Positions 36,401 to 45,600 of a stretch of 64,000 bases of DNA are shown piece after piece. The notes beneath the pieces are model-generated. The model was not told where the DNA came from. It saw only the letters and a program-made list of their open reading frames with translations, and did no database searches. Each line of letters opens with the position of its first letter. The first letter of the stretch is position 1. The DNA comes from Phoronis australis (taxonomy: Eukaryota; Animalia; Phoronida). Where the stretch lies: positions 404,591-468,590 of the forward strand of contig NMRA01000159.1 of the NCBI GenBank assembly GCA_002633005.1, written 5' to 3'. A program made the position numbers and the translations under genes.

Positions 36401-37150
36401 AGCCGTTTACTCGTAAACAACTTTATTAGCAAATTATACCGGGGTGGAAATGTGCATCGCAAACATTTTAAAGTCTGGTCAGCACGTTTAGCAAAAGGTC
36501 CCGGGTTAGAGTTTCGGTTGGTGCAGAAATCTTTTCAGACCTTTGTTCATTAGGTCATGTGATGTGGGCAACAGGTGGCGTACTGACCAGGCTTGAAATG
36601 TTTGTGAAATTGATTTTATTTTTGGCGATTCCAATAGTTTTCATTTTTTCATCTCTTTCTCCTCTTTCTGTTTAGTTGCGGTTCCTCTTAACTGCTAAAT
36701 TGTTTTCGTTGTTCGTTGACCTCTTTTTATTTCGGACACTATCACGTCGCATAATTTTTCTGTAAACCCAGGAATAATAACCTGCTTTCTTGATTATTTG
36801 TATTATTTTATATGATTTTATGCTTCGAAATAAATATTTTGACTGTCTGACTTATGCAAATTTTACTGATTGTCGTAACTTTCTGATTTCTTGTGAGTTT
36901 AAAAACATAATTATGTGTCTAGAAATATATCTTTTTTCCGTAAGCCGTGAAAAATATAATTATAAATATAATTATATGTGCCAATAATATTTTATACTAT
37001 TTTCTTCCATATACAGATGATTCCATGGACTGGTTAGAGCGTTTCCAACCTCTAGCTTTTCGACGACGTGTTGGGGATAGCTTAAACCCGGTTGGTCTGG
37101 CAGGTCGACGAGCTGCAAGACGCAACGCCGTCACGCCCGGAGGAGCTTAA
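21410..37150 (+). CDS. Uncharacterised secreted protein: signal peptide, beta-rich domain, Thr/Pro mucin-like repeats, basic C-terminal tail (spans the N gap)
   Basis: Exons 21410-21457, 23937-24109, 26873-27132 and 31925-(gap) join with matching phases (0, 2, 1); terminal exon 37017-37150 followed by AATAAA at 37209. The link across the gap is inferred. Confidence 0.72.
22003..23800 (+). mobile_element. Degenerate, internally deleted LTR (Gypsy-like) retroelement relic
   Basis: GC-richer block with gag-like remnants (ETTFDN; FISDITEIKLLSENL; CPACHN) broken by stops and frameshifts; boundaries approximate. Confidence 0.35.
23937..24109 (+). CDS. Orphan gene exon 2 (VHCRGRPLSDIPEVEAIVNFEG...NCKPELTTTC)
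   Basis: tttcag acceptor, gttggg donor; open frame, phase 0 in, phase 2 out. Confidence 0.75.
24391..24663. mobile_element. MITE, about 270 bp, TIR TAGACCTAATTCACGC
   Basis: Perfect 16-bp inverted repeat at both ends; the terminal TA may be the TSD. Confidence 0.75.
26873..27132 (+). CDS. Orphan gene exon 3 (LNTTLKTEQG...MQCSVEMTY...YTFAGP)
   Basis: tttttcag acceptor, gtaaga donor; phase 2 in, phase 1 out. Confidence 0.8.
28416..28574. mobile_element. MITE (CAGGGGCGGAT...ATCCGCCACTG), same family as 39253-39401
   Basis: TIRs, and internal sequence gaactgccaaatggaatct shared with 39253-39401. Confidence 0.7.
28732..28885. mobile_element. MITE with near-perfect 5-bp TSD (ctacg/ttacg); related partial copy at about 31270-31398
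   Basis: Shared ccttgatccgacccc..cttaaaaa..tgg.tcc.ccccctg end. Confidence 0.65.
31414..31624. mobile_element. MITE with CATGCGCGCACCCAG TIRs
   Basis: TIRs; flanks atatg/atacg; inverted homologue at 35966-36219. Confidence 0.78.
31925..32133 (+). CDS. Orphan gene exon 4, Thr/Pro-rich mucin-like repeats (TPPPTAVTTTTT), runs into the gap
   Basis: acag acceptor in phase 1; 36-bp tandem coding repeat. Confidence 0.78.
32134..33038. other. Assembly gap (905 N)
   Basis: Run of N, flanked by the mucin repeat and a MITE end. Confidence 1.
35120..35775 (+). mobile_element. 3' fragment of an L1/Tx1-clade LINE (ORF2 C-terminal zinc-finger region)
   Basis: LKKMKIVQNDKCPFCGVVETFNHLF...V..FW..L..WI...NHVL.LAQYFI, then 3' UTR, AATAAA and an A-rich tail at about 35742-35774. 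Confidence 0.8.
35966..36219. mobile_element. MITE with CATGCGCGCACCCAG TIRs (opposite orientation to 31414-31624)
   Basis: TIRs; flanks ttgac/atgac; internal similarity to the 31414 copy. Confidence 0.78.
36457..36607. mobile_element. Short inverted-repeat element containing a tRNA B-box-like core; partial copies at about 26636-26741 and 16794-16836
   Basis: About 29-bp imperfect inverted repeats (caaacattttaaagtctggtcagcacg / cgtactgaccaggcttgaaatgtttg). Confidence 0.6.
37017..37150 (+). CDS. Orphan gene terminal exon (DDSMDWLERFQPLAFRRRVGDSLNPVGLAGRRAARRNAVTPGGA*)
   Basis: tttcttccatatacag acceptor; GC-richer open frame in AT-rich surroundings; TAA then AATAAA. Confidence 0.68.
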
Positions 37151-39252
37151 ATGCAACATGAAAAAGTAGCTGGTATTCTTGCAATTCCGATTTTGATTGC
37201 AAGATTTAAATAAAGGACATTTCACTTTAACGTATCTTGATAGGTACATGTTAGTATGGAAATGATGAATCTCAGACTTGCCAACAATCGGAAAATGTCC
37301 TGCTGCCATGTATGTACTTAGTTCCTCACTGGGTGACTGTTCATATACATGTAACTAACGCTATCATCTCAGAAACGGCTGATTTGATTCATAAGAAATT
37401 TCGATGTCTTTACGCATTGTTCTCCAAAAGGCTGTGAATAATTGCTTTTAAAGAGTTCTACGTTTGCATGAGGGACTTGTACGATTTTCATGAAAAACTA
37501 ATATTGTAACCGATCGCGGCCTTGAACATTTCATCATGTTATAGGTGCGCACGGTTGTTTTGTTTTTAGTGCATCTCTTGCTACATTTTACTTAAAGGAC
37601 AAGGAAACATGACCCAATGAAAAGTTTGGTAGAAAGTGCGAAATCAAAATCCCGAGTCTACTTTCGGCTCGGAAATATCTACTCTTAGAATTTTTAAAAA
37701 TCTAATTTTGTGGACTTTTTGTTTGGCTAAATACGCAGACCCGTCAATAATGTCCTACATAAACCTTGAAAAACTGTGTAGAACACTCTGGTATAGAAAT
37801 TTATCTAGCACTTCAGACCAAGAATCTGACATGTGGCCCACCGAAGGGGATCTAAAAGGCCGTCCTTTCGGCGAGCTAAAAAACTCCTTAAATAGAATTA
37901 AGCCTCTTACTCTCATAAAATCTCGTGGCATTCCATGCCGTCATATAATTCTATTTCCGTTACAAACCAAAACAGCCAAGACGTCAGCGGCTCACGAAAG
38001 CGGGCAGTTTATTGAATGTTGACCAACCACTGATACAAATTGCGAATTCGGAAACGGCGTATGTAGCCATTGGCCGTGACATGAGTCACATGATCCTGAT
38101 GATATCGCGAGAGATTTGATGAGGATAAAATTACGAATTCGAGATTCGTTTAAGCCACCTAAAGAGGGTGCAATGAGGCATTTTTAAAAGATGCATTCGG
38201 CCCTAAAACATGCGGGCGTATTTCCTCAAGTCCATTGCAAAATCCAGCAGGAGTCTTCCAAACTCAAAAGCTATTGATGGTCACACTGATATTCACACGT
38301 GACATTCACGTGACATTCACGTGACGGTCCTAATGAGAGTGCCAAAGCCGCTTGACATGAAAGTTGTATGAAATCATCTAATCACAACACTGCGTCATCT
38401 AGCTATTATTTTCACGATTTGCGTGGTAAACAAAACATTAAAATCGTTCAATTACAAAGTCCAAGTTCAAAAAACACGTCAGCCTACGTTTTTTGACAAT
38501 TTTACAATAAGGAAACCCCTCAACCAACGTTGTCCGATAGCGTAAATTATACATCCGGCTGGTTGCTTAATCAGGGAAGCGTCTAATAACCCTGGTCAAG
38601 TTTGTGTGCAACACTGCAGAGTAGCCGTCAGGTGGCGCTCTGTGGCAGCCATTGTGCTGAAGTTTGTTACTCGCTAATCGAGCTTTTGACTAGATACAAC
38701 AGCAATGAAGTTCTCCTCAACCAAGGTAATTCATGGGCGGCGCATCATATGGGGCTACGGGCTATAAACCTCCACACTTATTTCAATGCTGCACCGCCCC
38801 ATGCAATTTGGTTTAATTTCGTCAGACAGCAAAAATTTTCACTCATCCCAGGTTACAGTGAATTTTAGTGAGTGGTGACAGAGTCCCCGACACCTCTTAA
38901 ACACTCGTACAATTCTGGATTTGCCCCCTATGGAAAACAAAATGAATTGGTGAATGAAAACGAGTCACGTTAATGATGCTATTAGTCTGCGGTGAGTCGA
39001 ATGCAAGAATAAATGCTTGGGTCAAATGGTAGGCCTACTGTATTGGTCAATTTCCGTATGCGGTCATCTCGTACCGCACAGTTGAAGAAAATAAACAATT
39101 GAAGAAAATAAACGACAGTCTCGTAGGAAATTGGTGAATACAGCACCAAATGACAAAAATAGGATTTTCCTTGAAGTCTCCACAGATGTAGGTAATTGAA
39201 AGTCACTGGGATGGCATATGTTCGCCTAATGCTTGGCAAAACCTAAACCAAA

Positions 39253-39401
39253 CAGAGGCGGATCCAGGATTTTGAGTTGGGGGGCAGAGTCTTGGCCAGG
39301 ATTTTGCCCGTCAGACATGCGCATCCCCGAACTGCCAAATGGAATCTAGGAGAAATTTAGGAGGGGAGGGGCATGGCCCCCTCGAACTAAATCTGCCACT
39401 G
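39253..39401. mobile_element. MITE (CAGAGGCGGATCCAGG...AATCTGCCACTG)
   Basis: TIRs; homologous to 28416-28574. Confidence 0.7.
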
Positions 39402-41828
39402 CCATGAAATCATCGCATTAACGTGCACATTTCTGCAAAAAACTCACATTCCTGGGCTGGTAACAAAGGCAACAGTGCCGACATGCGCCCGCGTGTCGTC
39501 ACACTGAAGCACCACAAGCGATCAAATAACTTGAATAACGAATAAAAGAGATAAACCTCAACAACTTCGAACAAAACTGATTGCCAAAATTAATCTTTAT
39601 TTTTCAAAGGCCTCCAACAATGTTGTGAATGGTCACAATATCCCAAAACACTGTCTGATGGTGCATGTAAATATGGTATAAAGCTTAAAAATGATAAAGC
39701 TTTTATTTGGTGGCGATTTTTCAGGAAAAATCAAGTCTCTGACATGTAGTGTCCTCAATTGTGAGATTTTACCAAACTAGCCTAACAATCACTAACAGCT
39801 AACTTCAACTATTAGATAAAAAATCCACAAGAATCGGAAATTGCCTGATGAGCCTAGTACACGAAGACGCAGATAGCTGGGCACCGATTCATAGCAATGT
39901 GAAACTGTGTTCAGGGGTGATGTCTGAGCCTGCTGAACATGCATGTAGAACTCTGCTGTGTTCTCCAGGGCGATTTTTGACGAGACCACTGGTGGAGTCA
40001 TCATGACATATCTCCGGGCATTACAAGCTAAGCCTGTGTTACAGACCAGGCCTCTTATCAAACATTGCCATCCGATCCGTCTAGATCCAAACCCCGAACA
40101 AGCTTTCCAGTCTCCTATCAAATAGGAGCAACACACACAGGGCTTTGAACGATCAACGGCAAAAACCATGAAATTTTCCATGTGCTGAATTGTTTTCCAA
40201 ATAAATAGACTTGTATGATAGAAATATCTTTTGTGTTGTAAAATTTTGAAATAAACGTTTTCGCACGAATAAAGTCAAAATCAAGAGGAAATCCTATTAA
40301 AAGAGGAAAATTCCAAGATATGGCACTTGAATTTGGTTATTAGAATGTCTACAGCATTGTTCCGAGAACACCATTGCTACATATATAAACGGCCAGACTC
40401 AACAAACAACAAGTGTTATCGACTGACGTTCCTCAACATCATCGACAGAATCCTTATATGGTGTTCCATTTAGATGTAAATTCAATATAGCCACTTTTGG
40501 GTTTTCATTTTGTGTTCTGGCGGTGACACAAAAGGGCACAAAAAGGTACTTCACTTAACATTTTATGAGACCGTGTTTAAACTTATGTAGGATCTTAGAC
40601 TGTATTTAGCCAAATATCTACACAATAGATTTTAACTCAGTAAAAGTATCAATTTTCTGAAAAGTAGAAAGCCTGTACAATTTGATTTTTGACAGTACAC
40701 CAATCGGCTGTTAACTGGGTCACATGACCACGTCATTTTAGTAAAATTTAACAAACGAAAGGTACATCCGCAGCCAATCAACTGTATCGCCAACATGACC
40801 AAATTTTGTTCAGCATAAAATTAATGTACACGGTGAAATCTCAAGGCTGTTACAGTTTTCTAAATAATGATTTCGTTTTCATTTTATGCACTTTTGAGTT
40901 TCTTCACAAAGATCACAAAGGTCCTACTTTCGAGTCACTCATGCAAAAGTGGAAATTTTCAAAAATTTTCCTGACAGTTTTCGATAACAGTGTATAAAAC
41001 ATTGTATCTGAAAGTTTCATACCAATAAGATCATTTCTGAGGTACGATGTTCCGAAGTTGGACAAATTTGGACATTTTTTGAAGCTCCAGAATAACCATA
41101 AGTGAATAAATTTCTAATTTTCCTTAAAAAACAAACCCAGTTTTGGGGATTAACAGATATTAAAACCACTTTCACATCCAGTGCTAAGTAACAAAAATAA
41201 TACTCCGATAGCTAGACAACTATCAAATGTATCGATCAAAATTTGCAAAATTCGCCATAAAGTCCGCTAAAGGGGCAAGAGTGACCTAGCCTTAGGCGAG
41301 TTAAGACGACTTCATGGAAAGACCACCCCCCAAGAACCCACGATATCCAGTCTGTGACCAAGAAAGTTGAGTTTTTAGTTGAATCCTGCTTTCATCACTC
41401 AAGTGAGGCGATGGGAATGCATGAGCATATGGTAGACAGAGGATTGGTTGAAACCAACAAAACAAAGCTTAGTATCGTTTTAGGTAAAGCTGAGATTATC
41501 TGGATAGCTAATTACATCTAAAATAAATAAACTCCACTTGAGAAAGACTTATAAACATACCCGAGAAAAAAGTTTTAGACAGGCAAGGGACCACTAGAGT
41601 CTGGCACAGACTGGATGGAGATGGTCATCTCCAGGTAGCTGGACACTACATACGAGCAGCCAAGGTTGGAGGAAGAGAGATAAATGCACCAACATAAGTG
41701 TGTGCGTGTGTACATGGGCGCGAGTAACACAAGGCAGAATTTCGTGTATTAAAATAACGTTATTGGAGGTAAACTATTTACTAATTCATCTCCTCCCAAT
41801 AACTAACTTACTGCTTATAAAACTGTAA

Positions 41829-41915
41829 AGTGGATACTACAATATTTTAACAATGCATCAACATACTTATTGAGTGGATACTACAATATTTTGACAATGT
41901 ATCAACATACTTATT
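41829..41915. repeat. 44-bp tandem duplication in the Pcl 3' UTR, just after the stop codon
   Basis: agtggatactacaatatttt(a/g)acaatg(c/t)atcaacatacttatt x2. Confidence 0.9.
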
Positions 41916-41921
41916 AACTTA

Positions 41922-42617
41922 TTAACTAACAAGACCTTCCCACTCTATCAGGTATTGTAGTTTCCCTTCTGGCGTCATCCGTTTTCCCAGTACACGGAAT
42001 CCTTCTCCGTTCTCCAGACGACTGTTGGCTCCGAAATAAGTCTTTATACTTGACTTTAAGTTGCTGACAAGATTAACAACTCGTCCATACGCCTTTCCTT
42101 TCCCTGATTTGTTCTCATTGTTAGCTAAACTGTGGAGGTATTGCTCGCGAGCTTTCTGCGCTTTTTCTACTAGAACCTCTGCACGTTTCTTGCGGCCACG
42201 CTTCTTCTTCAATGGAACCATCGGCACAAGTTTGGGTGGACCAAGATCCGCGCCGCTACTGCTACACGTGGGTGTCAAGCTGCTAACAGAGGGAGCTACA
42301 TCCAAGCTCTGAAATGACATTGTTTCCAACTGGTCGCTCTCTCCGTCATCAACAGTTTCACTCGTCCCCTCAGTTTCACTGTCATTCTGATAAGAGTTCA
42401 GGAGTCTCCGCTTCAGCCGTTTGTACTCGAGTTCCTCCGATTGTTCAATGTGTAACTTGAATGGATGATTGTGGCCTGCAAAGGTCGAAGGTCGCGGTAT
42501 GAACATGTCCAACATGTTACAGCTGGTGCTGCTGGTCACGTCCTCGTGATTAGGCAGGAGGTAGAGGGCGCTGTCACCACTATAACCACCGTAGGACTGG
42601 TTTGCAGGGAGGGATTC
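41922..42617 (-). CDS. Pcl: Pcl last exon with C-terminal (Mtf2_C, chromo-like) domain
   Basis: [45 protein letters not shown]. Confidence 0.95.
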   Translation of the reverse strand, partial: ESLPANQSYGGYSGDSALYLLPNHEDVTSSTSCNMLDMFIPRPSTFAGHNHPFKLHIEQSEELEYKRLKRRLLNSYQNDSETEGTSETVDDGESDQLETMSFQSLDVAPSVSSLTPTCSSSGADLGPPKLVPMVPLKKKRGRKKRAEVLVEKAQKAREQYLHSLANNENKSGKGKAYGRVVNLVSNLKSSIKTYFGANSRLENGEGFRVLGKRMTPEGKLQYLIEWEGLVS

Positions 42618-45600
42618 CTGTAACAGAGTATGAACAGCGTAAAAAATTAAAACTGTGTAAACGATTCCTCTTGTTAAGATTTCACAGTAGTTGAAATGCA
42701 CCAAAGCTCCTTGTTTCGAGGGAGAGAGACAGTAGACCAAATGACAGAGGATAAGACTTATCTTCCCTTAAGAACATTAAAACTGGCCTGAGGATAATCT
42801 TTGGAATAACCACATACATTTCTCGTTAGTTTTATTATATCATTCGACTTGTGAAGTTGTAATTTAATACACCTAAAATTGAATTATCAGAGTGGTTCCA
42901 AAACAGTGCAATTCAAGATATGCAACTTTGGAAATTTTATGAAAACGTGTTCGTTGCGTAAATAATTAAATATTCTAATGAATTTACAGTAGAAACACCA
43001 CTTTCCAGACGCACTCAACTTGCAAACAAAAGCAACGTGGAGTATTAATACCATGGACATCGCATACATCACAGAAACAAGGGATGGTCGTTATCTAAGC
43101 TATCCCACTAGAGGGAGGAAAACTGGTGAAAGGTGAAATTACCTACAGGCCAGGGTTTGATAACAACTTTTTCTGTAAAATTTACCAGCCTAAAGGTTGA
43201 CTTGTGATGGGAATCAGAATTTTTTCAGAATCAATCAATTGATCAAAACCGTTTTCAACTCCATGCTAACCTTAAATTGCTTTTGTGTGGCACTGCCACT
43301 GAATACGGTAATGACAAGGATGTTTGCTAAGACAGGCAATGAGACAGGATCAAATCTTGGAGGTTCTGTCCCTCCAGTGAACAACATATGACACTGCTCT
43401 ACCTTAATAGATGAACACTTGTGTGTAGCCTGTTAAAATTTCTTAGCAAGACTAGACGGAAGACTTGCGAGTGGCCGAGGATACATCTCATAATTTGTGC
43501 GAATTTTTAACATTTTTCAGCGAGATCACGAAATCGATTTTACTGTCATGTCGAATCCATCCCAGAATTTGCATTCGCCATTCCATCAACAATAGAAACG
43601 TGTTTGGAAAATGTTACTTCAAGGAATTTTGGAGATACAAGAGCTGACGCCAGACAGGACAGAGATGACAGCAATATGTGCCGTCACACGTAAACAGGAA
43701 GCACCCGGTACACTGCCACAAAAGAAAACACCGCACTTGATGAAGAATGGAAAATATATGTACCAAGTCGTCCACTCGTCTCCGCTTTGTTCTGATGCCA
43801 CCAAAAGAGTCGTCGAGGTCTCGGCGAAGCCTCTTGCATCCATGCCGCAGGGTTTTTAAAGGTATGGGAGATTGACTGGAAATTGAGGGAAAATAGGTCA
43901 GTTATGCCACGACTACACGAAGAGAAGCGAGAGTCACGTGACTGCAAGGAAGCCAAAGCAGTCGACACTCCTTCAGTATTGTAAGACTCTAGTAGGAAGA
44001 AATTTTGTTTCAAGAAAACAACTGAAAGTGTTTTTACCTGCCAGTTTCACCAATAATTCAACATCCCAGCCTAGCCATCCAATAAGTTTTAGAGGCAGCC
44101 CTTTTGCTACGCTACTAAAGTTTCTGGCATTGAAGTGAAACAATAAGTGAGACTTAGACGTTCGCTAGAGCCATATTACAACTTCTTGCTAAACGTGCGA
44201 CATACTGGGTCAGTACCGGACTACTGCAGGTGAGATAGAGACTATGGTACTAACACTGCGAGTTTTCTAAACAACCTGCGACACGATATAACGTGTGTGA
44301 TTAGAAAGGACAGGGCTACATCCTAAAAATAAATATTGCTAATATACAAATAATCTGGTACTAACAACAAAGCACAAATTGATGGTCTTGAGCCCCTTAA
44401 TCTGATTATTACAATATTTATACAATAGTACACCCACCTGTCCACAGCTACAAATGTGATGGTTTTGCGCCCCTTCCTCTGAAGGTTATTCATCACCTCC
44501 TCTGTAATCTGCCCCTCCTCTGGCAGGATGATTGTTGGGGGTTGGGGAGGCAGTCGCACCCGCAGACAAAACAAGGTACCTCTCTTCTTCACCTCTCGGC
44601 CAGACTTGAACCTGGTCAGAAAAAAAGTGTGATTTCAAATAACATTGACTCCATCCATGTCTGAGACACAAACAGTAGTTTTCAAGATAAACTACGGTAT
44701 ACAATGTTGTAACCTGGCGAATTTTCAACACTCAAAAGAGTGACTTGATATACATCTCTTTCAATTCTGGTGATACCGTAGGCAATCTGACGAAATCATG
44801 ACAACTGGCTGTGTAAGTCCATTCACAAATCAACAAATAGTGGACAGGCACAATGAAGTTGGACCCCTACTTCAGGTTCAACAAAGATGCTATTTTAAAG
44901 TGACAAAAAATTTGACCAGCACAGCTGTTAAAGTGGCTTGGAACGTGAAAAATAGTATAAAATAAGAAAGTAAATGTTACTCATCTTGCACGAAACCTGT
45001 ATCATATCGTGGCGTACAAGTTTTTTTGAAGGTTTCGTAAATATAGTGAGTTTTAGATGAGTTTGGAGTATTTTTCTTTACGTTTGAAAGTTGACCAAAA
45101 AGACACGCCTTCNAACAAGGTACCTCTCTTCTTCACCTCTCGGCCAGACTTGAACCTGGTCAGAAAAAAAGTGTGATTTCAAATAACATTGACTCCATCC
45201 ATGTCTGAGACACAAACAGTAGTTTTCAAAGTAAACTACGGTATACAATGTTGTAATCTGACGAATTTTCAACACTCAAAAGAGTGACTTGATATACATC
45301 TCTTTCAATTCTGGTGATACCCTAGGCAATCTGACAAAATCATGACAACTGGTTGTGTAAGTCCATTCACAAATAAACAAATAGTGGACAGGCACAATAA
45401 AGTTGGACCCCTACTACAGGTTCAACAAAGATGCTGTTTTAAAGTGACAAAAAGTTTGACCTGCACAGCTGTTAAAAAAACTTTTACTATTTCACTGCCA
45501 CGCACGCATTTCAGCGAGTTACACAGTCCCAACCGTCCGCAAGTTGGGTACTTTGCCTTTGATGACACACTTAATTCAAAATCCCATGGGAGATAACTAC

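Noticed and set aside
45114-45155. Mutually exclusive duplicated Pcl exon
   Set aside because: Truncated at an N, with allele-level divergence from the first copy; an assembly haplotig is more likely
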